IMG/VR virus record: IMGVR_UViG_3300016654_000301
Span: 1 to 38,726 of that record
Direction: 5' to 3' (one strand)
Source of the DNA: a virus
Taxonomy: Duplodnaviria; Caudoviricetes
DNA length: 38,726 bases
In this document: positions 8,514 to 17,133 of the stretch, in pieces
Numbering within the stretch: position 1 is the first letter of the stretch
Layout: every line of letters begins with the position of its first letter
The notes under the pieces: model-generated
Seen by the model: only the letters and a program-made list of their open reading frames with translations
Told to the model about the DNA's origin: nothing
The model's database searches: none
Program-made: the position numbers and the translations under genes

Positions 8514-9002
8514 ATGAGTCGAACAGATCTCCTTCCGGGCGCTGGCCCGGTTCTTTCTTTGCGCGAGGCGCTTTACCGCGCCGGGCGCGATTTCCGGGGC
8601 GGCATCACAACGTTGGCCCATGACATGTTCATGGATTACGACGAGCTCCAGAAGAAACTCAAACTCAACGAAGAGCGCCGCTGGTTGACTCCCGATGAAC
8701 TCGAAGAGGTCATCCGGTTGACGCAGAACCCTGCATTGCTCGATGCGCTTGTGAGGCCGGCGGGTGCCGTTTGGTACAAGCCGACGCCAGTGCCTGCAAC
8801 GTCTGAGGCGTTGAAGTCAGTTGGCAAGCTACTGGAAAGAACCGGCGAATTTGTTTCGAGCATGCATGCCGGTGCGGCTGACAACGTATGGGAGCCGCAC
8901 GAAGTCGCTACCCTGGACAAATACGGCATCGATGTCATTCAGGCGGTGCTGGGCATCATGGCGGGCGCGCGTCAGGCCATGGAGGGTCAAGACAATGGCT
9001 GA
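8514..9002 (+). CDS. Phage regulatory CII-family protein
   Basis: GGITTLAHDM...LQKKL...LTPDELE; position after cro. Confidence 0.75.
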   Translation: MSRTDLLPGAGPVLSLREALYRAGRDFRGGITTLAHDMFMDYDELQKKLKLNEERRWLTPDELEEVIRLTQNPALLDALVRPAGAVWYKPTPVPATSEALKSVGKLLERTGEFVSSMHAGAADNVWEPHEVATLDKYGIDVIQAVLGIMAGARQAMEGQDNG

Positions 9003-9201
9003 CGATATCGATCGCGCCAACGACCAGGCGCAATACCTGCTAGACGTTGCCCTTCATCGAAACCGCCGCATGGCGACGAGCCGCGTCAGCGCGCAGTTCT
9101 GTGAGGATTGCGACGATGCTATCCCGTTGCTTCGACAGCAGACGATTGAGGGTTGCGAAACCTGCGTCCATTGTCAGGAGTTGCGGGAGGCTCGGAGATG
9201 A
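8995..9201 (+). CDS. TraR/DksA C4-type zinc finger protein
   Basis: MADDIDRA...CEDC...IP..R....GCETCVHCQ. Confidence 0.9.
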   Translation: MADDIDRANDQAQYLLDVALHRNRRMATSRVSAQFCEDCDDAIPLLRQQTIEGCETCVHCQELREARR

Positions 9202-10235
9202 GCGGCGATAAAATACCACTCCAAGTTCACGAATTGCCAAACCTCCTTCAGTACATCTCGCCAGACCAGCGTGACACGTGGGTCGAGGTTGGCATGGGCC
9301 TGAAATCTGAGTTCGGTCAGGAGGGTTACGGCCCCTGGAACAACTGGAGCCAGAGCAGCAAGAGCTATGACGGCAAGGCGGCTTTGTCCGTCTGGAAGTC
9401 GTTCAAGAAGGGCGGTACCGGCATGGGCACAGTGATCAAGCTGGCCCTTGATGCGGGTTGGAAGGCCGACAAAACCGAAATGTCTGCCGAGGAAAAGAAG
9501 CGGTTTGCGGCAGAAGCTGAGCTGCGGCGCAAACAGCGTCAGGCGGAGGTCGAGGCTGACGAAGCTTTACTCGAGGAGATGCGTGGTCTGGTGGCTGACT
9601 GCTGTTTGCGAATCTGGAACGAGCATTGTCAGTCGGAGGGGCGCAGCCCGTACCTTGACCGTAAGCAGGTTGGCGCGTTCGGTGTCGGGTTCTTCAGCAC
9701 CACGGTCATTCTGTCTATTGATGATCGTAACAAACGCTGTCAGGTGTGGGCTGGCAGCAACGCGATGCAGTTTTTCAACGGTTTGCCCAAGCCTCGGCCC
9801 GACTACCTGAGTTTTCTGGTGTTCAAGCCGGGCAGTATTGCGATCCCGCTTCGTGATGCCGCAGGCAAGTTGTGGAGCCTGCAATCGATCAATGGGCAGG
9901 GAACCAAACTGTTTCCGAAGTACGGGCGCAAGTCCGGGTGCTTCCACGTGTTGGGCGCGGTCGATTCGCCGGCGGTGGTTGGTGAAGCCGAGGGTTACGC
10001 GACGGCCGCAAGTGTTCACATGGCCAGCGGTTGGCCCGTAGCGATGGCGGTTGACTCCGGCAACCTGGTGAACGTCGCCCGAATTCTGCGTGAGGCGCAT
10101 CCTGAAGCATCGATCGTCATCGCGGGAGATGATGACCCGACTGCACCTGGTAATCCCGGACGGACCAAAGCGACTGCCGCAGCCCTTGAGGTCGGTGGCG
10201 TTGCTGCGTTCCCGTATTTTGGGGAGGTTGCTTGA
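9198..10235 (+). CDS. Primase: PriCT-2 domain plus Toprim (N-terminal portion)
   Basis: WVEVGMGLK...WNNWS..S..Y...WKSF; SPYLDRK; LWSLQSI; EGYATA; IAGDDD. Confidence 0.88.
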   Translation: MSGDKIPLQVHELPNLLQYISPDQRDTWVEVGMGLKSEFGQEGYGPWNNWSQSSKSYDGKAALSVWKSFKKGGTGMGTVIKLALDAGWKADKTEMSAEEKKRFAAEAELRRKQRQAEVEADEALLEEMRGLVADCCLRIWNEHCQSEGRSPYLDRKQVGAFGVGFFSTTVILSIDDRNKRCQVWAGSNAMQFFNGLPKPRPDYLSFLVFKPGSIAIPLRDAAGKLWSLQSINGQGTKLFPKYGRKSGCFHVLGAVDSPAVVGEAEGYATAASVHMASGWPVAMAVDSGNLVNVARILREAHPEASIVIAGDDDPTAPGNPGRTKATAAALEVGGVAAFPYFGEVA

Positions 10236-11947
10236 TGGCCAAGGACTGGAATGATTTGCACATCGAGCAAGGGCTTGATGTTGTGCGCACTCAGCTTTAT
10301 GCAGCCGCTGCTTCTGCTGTCCCTGTTCAGTTGGAAGACCTTCCCCGTTCCCCATCTCTGGAAGAGCCCGCCGAAAACGGCGCTACGGCTCCAGAGGGGG
10401 GCGGGGGGAACGGCTGGACGGCAGAACGGATCTTCACGCGGTTTGCGTTGGTCGAGGGCAAGACGGCGATTTTCGACACGTTCAAACGGGTGATCATCAA
10501 GAAGTCCGCGTTCGAAATGCTGGTGACGAAGCCGCTTGCGAAGGAATGGCTTGATCTGCCGGTGAAGAAGGTGATCGCCGATGACATGGCCGAGCGCTTG
10601 GCGAATAAGGCCAAGGCAGAAGCGAAGTTCAAACAGGTCAGCGGGGAGGGCATGCCCCCGGTTGAGCGTTACGTTTATATCGACGGGACGAAGGACACGT
10701 GGGACGTACAGAAGCGCCGGCGCGTTCCGGAAGGCGCGCTAAAGATGTCGCTGGGTGATGCGTATGGCATGTGGTTGAACAGTCCAGATCGCCGCACGGT
10801 GGATATGGAACACATTGTTTTCGATCCGCGTATGACGAAAGACCCTGAGGTGTATATCAACACTTTTGAGGGGCTTCCCCTGGTGCCTGACAGTGATCGC
10901 GGCAAGTGCAAGACCTTGCAGTGGATCATCACATTTCTTTGCAACGGTGATCGAGACGCGGCTGACTGGCTGACGAAGTGGCTTGCCTTCCCGTTGCAGA
11001 ATGTCGGCGCGAAAATGGATACGGCTGTGCTGTTCCACTCGACAGAGGAAGGCAGCGGTAAGAGTCTTCTGTTCAGTGACATTATGGGCCGGATCTATGG
11101 TGACTGCGGCGCAACGGTTGGCCAGGCACAGCTTGAGTCGAACTGGACGGTTTGGCAGTCGAACAAGCTGTACGGTGTGTTTGAAGAGGTTGTCAGTCGG
11201 GACCAGCGTTACAACCAGGTCGGCAAGATCAAACACATGGTCACCGGTAAGACGGTTCGGATGGAGTCCAAATTTGTAAATGGTTGGGAGGAAGCCAACC
11301 ATATGAACGCGGTGTTCTTGTCGAACGAGATTATGCCCTGGCCGATCGGGGAGAAGGATCGGCGAATGTTGGTGATGTGGCCCAAGGATCCATTACCCGA
11401 GGCCGAACAGAAGAAGGTCAAACATGAGCTGGCCAACGGTGGTGTCGAGGCGCTTTATGACTATCTGCTGAGCTATCCGCTCGGTGACTTCGATGAGCGC
11501 ACCAAGCCGCCGAATACGTCCGCACGCCAGCGGCTGGTTGAGCTGAGTATGGCGAGCTGGCAGACGTTCTTGCGGGAATGGCGATACGGAATGCTTGGTG
11601 CTCCGTTTACGGTGTGCGTGAGCAGTGACCTTTATGCGTTGTTCCTGGAGTGGTGCCACCGCAACAAGGAACACACGCTGAGCCACACGAAGTTCAGCGG
11701 CTTCATTTCGACCCAGGTCGATAAAGTGCCTCGGGTGCCTTGGATGGAAGGCGCCCGCCGGTCATTCGGTACGTTCTTCTTTCCGTGGTCCGGTGTAGAG
11801 CGTGCGCCTTCCCCGGCCCCATCCTTGACTGCAGCTGCGCTCGGAACAGCGGTTGCCACGTGGCGGGAGCAGGCCAAGGCCAGTGGCTGGAGCGTGGATA
11901 GCTGGGAGCATGTTAAGTTCGCCGACCGGGGGAGTGTGGCCGCATGA
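10235..11947 (+). CDS. Primase-associated P-loop helicase (DUF5906/SF3-like)
   Basis: Walker A EGSGKS, Walker B VFEE, FLSN, DRR; N-terminal DWNDLH. Confidence 0.88.
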   Translation: MAKDWNDLHIEQGLDVVRTQLYAAAASAVPVQLEDLPRSPSLEEPAENGATAPEGGGGNGWTAERIFTRFALVEGKTAIFDTFKRVIIKKSAFEMLVTKPLAKEWLDLPVKKVIADDMAERLANKAKAEAKFKQVSGEGMPPVERYVYIDGTKDTWDVQKRRRVPEGALKMSLGDAYGMWLNSPDRRTVDMEHIVFDPRMTKDPEVYINTFEGLPLVPDSDRGKCKTLQWIITFLCNGDRDAADWLTKWLAFPLQNVGAKMDTAVLFHSTEEGSGKSLLFSDIMGRIYGDCGATVGQAQLESNWTVWQSNKLYGVFEEVVSRDQRYNQVGKIKHMVTGKTVRMESKFVNGWEEANHMNAVFLSNEIMPWPIGEKDRRMLVMWPKDPLPEAEQKKVKHELANGGVEALYDYLLSYPLGDFDERTKPPNTSARQRLVELSMASWQTFLREWRYGMLGAPFTVCVSSDLYALFLEWCHRNKEHTLSHTKFSGFISTQVDKVPRVPWMEGARRSFGTFFFPWSGVERAPSPAPSLTAAALGTAVATWREQAKASGWSVDSWEHVKFADRGSVAA

Positions 11948-11957
11948 TGACCAGAAG

Positions 11958-12250
11958 TGTGTCAGGTGTGTTCCCTGTGTTTCAGGTTGAAATTCGAAAC
12001 CTGACACAACTACAGCCCACGGTTTTCGCGGGTTTCCGTACTCGTGTGTCAGGTGTGTCAGGTTTTACCCGCGTGCAGGCGTGCGCACGCGCAGAAACAA
12101 TGACACTTCATCAACACTTAATTCAATTTTTCATGCGTGAAGAACAACCCAACACACCTGACACACCTGACACAGTAGTTTTAAAGCAATGTTTTATAAG
12201 GGTTTTTGGTGTGTTGGGTTTGTGTCAGGTTTATGGGTTTATGTGTCGGG
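11958..12250. repeat. Iteron-like 9-bp repeats (TGTGTCAGG) in both orientations; probable replication origin
   Basis: Forward copies at 11958, 12045, 12054, 12221 (variants 12210, 12242); inverted copies at 12000, 12157, 12166 (variant 12148); AT-rich stretches between. Confidence 0.75.
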
Positions 12251-12275
12251 TTCGGTTTTTCGGGGGGAAGGCGCG

Positions 12276-12764
12276 ATGATCGAGGAAATTGAGGAGCTCA
12301 TGCAGCACTGGGGCAATCAGTTCAACCAGGTAGGCGAGGGTGGCGGTTTGGGTAGCCCGATGGCGACGATCATTGAGTGGGGTGGTTCGGCGCCTCGCGG
12401 TACGCCGGGATCTCGCGATTTGATGATGGCGGCAGGTGGCGGCATGGATCACGTTGCACTGGAAGTTGCCGCAGCGCTGGCGCAGCTTGAGCGTCAGTCC
12501 GAGAAGGGCGCGCTGTTGGTGACCCTGGCGCGGAATCGTTATTTGCCTCGGCCTGCGTTGTCGGTTCGGTCGCAGTTGCCCTATCTGGGGCTCGGGGAGG
12601 ATGCCGACCGGACGTACAGGAACTGGGTTCATGCGCTGCACCAGCAGGTGCTGGTGATTCTGACCGTGCGTAGTGCGCCGATGCGTGATCGCAATCGACG
12701 TGTCAGATCGCCGCAAACTGGGCTGACGCGCGCGTCGAAGGTCGCCCGCGTGAGGGTTTGCTAG
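12276..12764 (+). CDS. Putative Q-like late antiterminator/activator
   Basis: IEELMQHWG N-terminus and C-terminal HTH-like RTYRNWVHALH; sits between replication and lysis/packaging genes. Confidence 0.65.
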   Translation: MIEEIEELMQHWGNQFNQVGEGGGLGSPMATIIEWGGSAPRGTPGSRDLMMAAGGGMDHVALEVAAALAQLERQSEKGALLVTLARNRYLPRPALSVRSQLPYLGLGEDADRTYRNWVHALHQQVLVILTVRSAPMRDRNRRVRSPQTGLTRASKVARVRVC

Positions 12765-12961
12765 TTACCGTTCGTCCGGGTTGTTTGCCTCAAACCTGCG
12801 TCAAAGTGCGTCAAAGGTGCGTCGAGACAACCAACCGAAAATAGGCCCTTTTCGGTTTTTCCGGAGGCAGGTAAAAAGTCCCCACGATATGCGATTTGCG
12901 CCTGAATCGCTCACTGAGCACGTGCTGTGCAGCTTCACCCGGTTCTCCCCGAGCCGGTCAC

Positions 12962-13315
12962 CTAACCCCGCTTCGGCGGGGTCTTATTTGATTCCTTGGC
13001 GAGGGCCTTCTTGGCCTGGCTAGCACCTAGCCAATAGCCCACACCCATAGCAGTGAGAAGTAGACCGGCGGATCCGTTAAAGAAGCTCATAACCAAGTCA
13101 ACAATGTCTTTACGGCTTAAGGGTTCGACGCTGATGGAAAAGTCGTAAACCTGATAGTACGAATACGCTGTGATTCCAACACCTATTAGTAGCAGGAACG
13201 ATTTGAGTGTGAACGATGTGACCTCAATACGCTCATGCTCAGTGGCTTTCACCCAGTTGAACAGCACTGCGAAAAAAAGTGCCAGTAAGCTGATAACTAT
13301 TGTTATGTAACTCAT
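12962..13315 (-). CDS. Moron: small membrane protein with about 3 TM helices
   Basis: 117 aa; opposite strand to late genes; AT-richer; GAGGG SD. Confidence 0.7.
   Translation of the reverse strand: MSYITIVISLLALFFAVLFNWVKATEHERIEVTSFTLKSFLLLIGVGITAYSYYQVYDFSISVEPLSRKDIVDLVMSFFNGSAGLLLTAMGVGYWLGASQAKKALAKESNKTPPKRG
12965..12990 (+). terminator. Intrinsic terminator (tR'-like)
   Basis: ACCCCGC-TTCG-GCGGGGT followed by CTTATTT. Confidence 0.7.
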
Positions 13316-13477
13316 CGCGTTCCCTCACATCGAAGAACGCGAATGATATTCCATGTACCGCACTGATAGTAGTTACCCACCTTTTGTACTTCGGGGTCAA
13401 ACCTCAAAGCTCATGTAGATCGTATAGATCGCTTCGGCGTTTTTTCTGCCCAATGGATATTTGCAAGGAGAGTCAGC

Positions 13478-13831
13478 ATGAGCGAGCCGGCAACTGTTGT
13501 CGTGGCCGGTGGTGTGGGACTTGCGGCCACTGGACTGCTAGCGGGCGTGGACATGCTCGCGGTGATCGGTGCGTTGGCTGGTTCTCTGGTGTTCTTCACC
13601 ACCACTGAGGAATTGCCGGTTTGGAAGCGTGTTCTGTTCCTGCTGGTGTCTTTCGTGATGGGTTACATGTTCGCCCCTGGCATGGCCGAGGTTGAGTTGT
13701 TCGGCACCAGGCCTTTCAAGTACACCGGGCCGGCGGCGTTCGGCGCGTCGGTGGTGGTTGTGACCGTCGCGCTTGCTGTCATCAAGCGGCGCGGCCTCAT
13801 TGCTGAACAGCAAGGGAGGCAGGATGGATAG
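13478..13831 (+). CDS. Putative holin
   Basis: Multi-TM; VIGALAGS motif; basic C-terminus; AGGAG SD. Confidence 0.8.
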   Translation: MSEPATVVVAGGVGLAATGLLAGVDMLAVIGALAGSLVFFTTTEELPVWKRVLFLLVSFVMGYMFAPGMAEVELFGTRPFKYTGPAAFGASVVVVTVALAVIKRRGLIAEQQGRQDG

Positions 13832-14114
13832 TCAACTGATGCCACAAGTGCTAACGCAGGCCACGTTCTGGTTGTGCGTGGCACTGTTCGTTCGCCTGTT
13901 CACTTTCCGCCGGCGCGGTGCCCGGTTCCGTCGGAGCATGAGTTGCCTTGCCTGGGTGGTGATGGTCGCGGCGGGATCCACCGTGGTGTACATCGGCAAG
14001 GGACAGTTGGTCATGCCGACGAACTCTTGGCCGCTGGTGATCGTGCTGGCGGTGTTCGTTGGGTCGGTGTACCAGAGCGGTGGAAATCTGGCCCGGGTCT
14101 GGAAGATGGGCTGA
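13824..14114 (+). CDS. Second holin-family protein
   Basis: RLFTFRRRGARFR...SCLAW...GGNLARV pattern; 3 TM helices. Confidence 0.8.
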   Translation: MDSQLMPQVLTQATFWLCVALFVRLFTFRRRGARFRRSMSCLAWVVMVAAGSTVVYIGKGQLVMPTNSWPLVIVLAVFVGSVYQSGGNLARVWKMG

Positions 14115-14482
14115 TGAGCAATGTATCGGATGACCGACGCGGCAGTAGCACAGAACGGGGTTACGGGTACAAGTGGCAGCAGTCACGTGCCGCGCACCTG
14201 CGGGAAAATCCGTACTGCACGATGTGTTCGTGCGATCGGCGTCCGGTCGCGGCGACAGTCGTTGACCATAAGGTCCCGCCCAAGCTGAAGGAAGCCAAGG
14301 ACAGTGGCGACCCGGCGCGGATCAAGGCGGCGTGGAAGCTGTTCTGGAACCCTGAGAACTGGGCGGGCCTGTGCAAGTTCTGCCACGACTCGACGAAGCA
14401 ACGGATCGAGAAGAGCGGGCGGGTGCCGGGGTGCCACGCCGACGGCCGGCCGGTCGATCCGGGCCATCACTGGAACCGGTGA
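14114..14482 (+). CDS. HNH endonuclease (terminase-associated)
   Basis: RGYGYKWQ, CTMC, ATVVDH, LCKFCHDSTK. Confidence 0.92.
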   Translation: MSNVSDDRRGSSTERGYGYKWQQSRAAHLRENPYCTMCSCDRRPVAATVVDHKVPPKLKEAKDSGDPARIKAAWKLFWNPENWAGLCKFCHDSTKQRIEKSGRVPGCHADGRPVDPGHHWNR

Positions 14483-14638
14483 CCGCCCATCCCCGACGCA
14501 CCAAAAAATGACACGCCCCGAGGGTAGGGGGGGTGAAAAACTTCATTTCGACTTCTCTCTAGACCGATCGCCCCCCTCTTTACGCAAAGTCGGGAAAAAT
14601 GAGGGAGGGGGGGTATCGACAGGTAAGAGGTTGAATTT
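14483..14638. other. Probable cos packaging region
   Basis: Non-coding gap between HNH and terS with G-run/C-run tracts; position is typical for HK97/P27-like phages; exact cut site not determined. Confidence 0.55.
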
Positions 14639-15172
14639 ATGGCAGGAAATGGAAATTCGGGCCGTCCGTCTTTGCCGGCGTCGGTTCATTTGTTGCGGGG
14701 AAATCCGAGCGGAAAAAACGTCGCTGCTTTGCTGGACGAAGTTCAGTCCCCAACAGTCCCGGTGAAAGCCCCACCCATGCCGGATGTCCTTTCGGACGAT
14801 GCCAAGGCCGAGTGGGAGCGGGTGGTACCGGCGCTGATGTCTATGCGGCTTCTCTCCGAGCTCGATGCCATGGCGCTGGCCGCGTACTGCCAAGCCACTG
14901 CGGATTGGCGCCGTTATCAGCGGCTGATCGCGGAGAAGAATGCCCAGTCCACCGATGAACTGGGTGGCGATGTCCAAACCTTCAAGACCGGTGCCCAGCA
15001 GATGCACGTTTTGCGGCAGCTCGCCAACGATGCCGAGCGCCGCGCCAACGCCGCGGGCGCCCAGTTCGGCATGTCGCCAGTGTCGCGGCGTAACCTGAAA
15101 GCGCCGGCGCCCCCGCAAGGTGAGTTATTCCCCAATGACCCAAGAGCAGCCGCTGAACGATATTTCAGCTGA
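14639..15172 (+). CDS. terS: Terminase small subunit, P27 family
   Basis: GRP...LRGNPS, AKAEWERV, LAAYC, FGMSPVSR. Confidence 0.92.
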   Translation: MAGNGNSGRPSLPASVHLLRGNPSGKNVAALLDEVQSPTVPVKAPPMPDVLSDDAKAEWERVVPALMSMRLLSELDAMALAAYCQATADWRRYQRLIAEKNAQSTDELGGDVQTFKTGAQQMHVLRQLANDAERRANAAGAQFGMSPVSRRNLKAPAPPQGELFPNDPRAAAERYFS

Positions 15173-16949
15173 TGACCGAGTGACCGGCTACGCGAAGGCC
15201 GTGCTTGCTGGTGAAATCGTCGCGGGCCCGGATGTCCGCAATGCGTGCAAGCGTCACTTGCGAGATTTGAAGAACGGTCCGAATCGCGGGTTGGTGTTCG
15301 ACCTGGACCGTGTGAATCGTGCCATCGGTTTTTTCGAAGATGTCCTCTGCCTCAACGGCGGTGACTACGAAGGCATGCCGTTCTTGCTTGCCCCTTGGCA
15401 AGCCTTCGTCGTGGGCAGTCTATTCGGTTGGATGACGGAGGATGGTTTCCGGCGTTTCCGCTTGGGCTACATCGAGACGGGAAAGGGCTCCGGTAAAAGT
15501 CCTCTGGTTGCTGGCATCGGCTTGTATGGTCTGGCTTCCGACGGTGAGCGGCGTGCGGAAATCTACGCGGCCGCTACCAAGCGCGATCAGGCCATGGTCT
15601 TGTTTCGGGACGCCGTGTCGATGGTGGACATGTCACCGTCGCTTTATTCCCGGGTGGTGCAATCAGGTCGAGACGAAAAGGTCTGGAACCTGTACTACCC
15701 CAACACCCGATCATTCTTCCGCCCCATCAGCGCGGACGAAGGCCAGTCCGGCCCGCGCCCTCACATCGGCCTGCTCGATGAGGTGCACGAACACAAGACG
15801 GCCGCGACCGTGAACATGATGCGCGCCGGTACCAAGAACCGGCGCAAGGCCATGGTGGTGATGATCACCAACAGCGGCTCCGACAAGAAGACAGTGTGCG
15901 GTCAGTACCACGACCTGGGCGTGCGGATCTGTGCGGACATCGAAACAGACGACAGCTTCTTCGCGTTCATCTGTTCGCTGGACGAAGGGGACGATCCATT
16001 CACGGACGAAGCCTGCTGGCCGAAGGTCAACCCCTCGCTTGATCACATCGCAGAAGGGCAAGCCGACGGCATCCCCGGGCGCAAGTACTTGCGTGAACAG
16101 GTGCAGTCAGCGCGGGGCCTGCCGGCGCAAGAGTCCGTGGTGCGTCGCCTCAACTTCTGCGAGTGGACCCAGGCGGATGCGCCGTGGATTTCGTGGGCTG
16201 TCTGGAAACAGGCCGAAGAGCGCGTACCGATGCGGCTTCTCCGTAACCGCCGTTGCGTTGCCGGCCTCGACCTGGCCAGCACCACCGACCTGACTGCGTT
16301 CGTGCTGCTGTTCTGGCCAGTGCCACACGACCCTCACTGGCGGTTACTGCCGTACTTCTGGATTCCGGATGAGGATCTGCAAGGGCGTGAAGATCGGGAC
16401 AAGGTTCCGTACGCCATGTGGGTCAAGGACGGACACCTCGAAACGACCCCCGGTCGTGCCATCAGCAAGAAGCACGTACTGATGCGGCTCGTAAAAATCT
16501 GCGCGTACTTCGATGTCGAGCGAATCGGCTATGACCGTTGGCGCGTGGAAGACCTGTTGCAACTGATGGCGGATGAGGATATCTCGCTGCCGGAAATGGT
16601 CGGTTTCGGCCAAGGCTTTAAGGACATGGCGCCGGCTGTCGATGAGTTCGAACGCCGGTTGCTGGGGCGTGCAGATGAGCAGGGCGTCATTGATCTGGAT
16701 CCGGCGGACGTTGAAGTCATCGAAACGGAAACGGTCGAAACGCTACGCCATGACGGTAACCCGGTCATGACCTGGTGCGCCGGTAACGCGGTGATCGTTT
16801 GCGATCCGGCCAACAACCGAAAGGCCGACAAGGCCAAAGCCACGGGGCGGATTGACGGCATCGTGGCATCCATCATCGCTGTCGGGACCAGTATCAAATC
16901 CGCAGGCCCGAGCGGCAAATCCATCTACGACGAAGGGGCAGGTATATGA
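15135..16949 (+). CDS. terL: Terminase large subunit
   Basis: PWQ, GKGSGKS (Walker A), LLDEVHEH (Walker B), GLDLAS, RIDG; start uncertain. Confidence 0.96.
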   Translation: MTQEQPLNDISADDRVTGYAKAVLAGEIVAGPDVRNACKRHLRDLKNGPNRGLVFDLDRVNRAIGFFEDVLCLNGGDYEGMPFLLAPWQAFVVGSLFGWMTEDGFRRFRLGYIETGKGSGKSPLVAGIGLYGLASDGERRAEIYAAATKRDQAMVLFRDAVSMVDMSPSLYSRVVQSGRDEKVWNLYYPNTRSFFRPISADEGQSGPRPHIGLLDEVHEHKTAATVNMMRAGTKNRRKAMVVMITNSGSDKKTVCGQYHDLGVRICADIETDDSFFAFICSLDEGDDPFTDEACWPKVNPSLDHIAEGQADGIPGRKYLREQVQSARGLPAQESVVRRLNFCEWTQADAPWISWAVWKQAEERVPMRLLRNRRCVAGLDLASTTDLTAFVLLFWPVPHDPHWRLLPYFWIPDEDLQGREDRDKVPYAMWVKDGHLETTPGRAISKKHVLMRLVKICAYFDVERIGYDRWRVEDLLQLMADEDISLPEMVGFGQGFKDMAPAVDEFERRLLGRADEQGVIDLDPADVEVIETETVETLRHDGNPVMTWCAGNAVIVCDPANNRKADKAKATGRIDGIVASIIAVGTSIKSAGPSGKSIYDEGAGI

Positions 16950-17131
16950 AATTAGCCATCGCGGCCTGGCTGGCCGGCCTGCTGGGCTTCGGGCTGCTGG
17001 TGGGTGGAGTGACGCTGATCAGCGTTCCCGCTGGTTGCATCGTCGCCGGGCTCGGCCTGATGGCCTGGGCCTACCTTGCCGATCGCGCAGCCGCTGTACT
17101 GAAAGCCCAATCAAAACCCCAAGGAGGTTGA
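16946..17131 (+). CDS. Small 2-TM protein between terL and portal
   Basis: 61 aa, hydrophobic; coupled to terL. Confidence 0.7.
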   Translation: MKLAIAAWLAGLLGFGLLVGGVTLISVPAGCIVAGLGLMAWAYLADRAAAVLKAQSKPQGG

Positions 17132-17133
17132 GC

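Noticed and set aside
11958-12250. Possible CRISPR array
   Set aside because: Repeats are only 9 bp, in mixed orientation and irregularly spaced; no cas genes.
11944-12279. 111-aa ORF over the TGTGTCAGG repeats
   Set aside because: The translation merely reflects the DNA repeats; better explained as an origin, though coding is not excluded.
14114-14482. HNH as a homing endonuclease or restriction partner of the MTase
   Set aside because: Size and position directly before cos/terS match packaging-associated HNH proteins.
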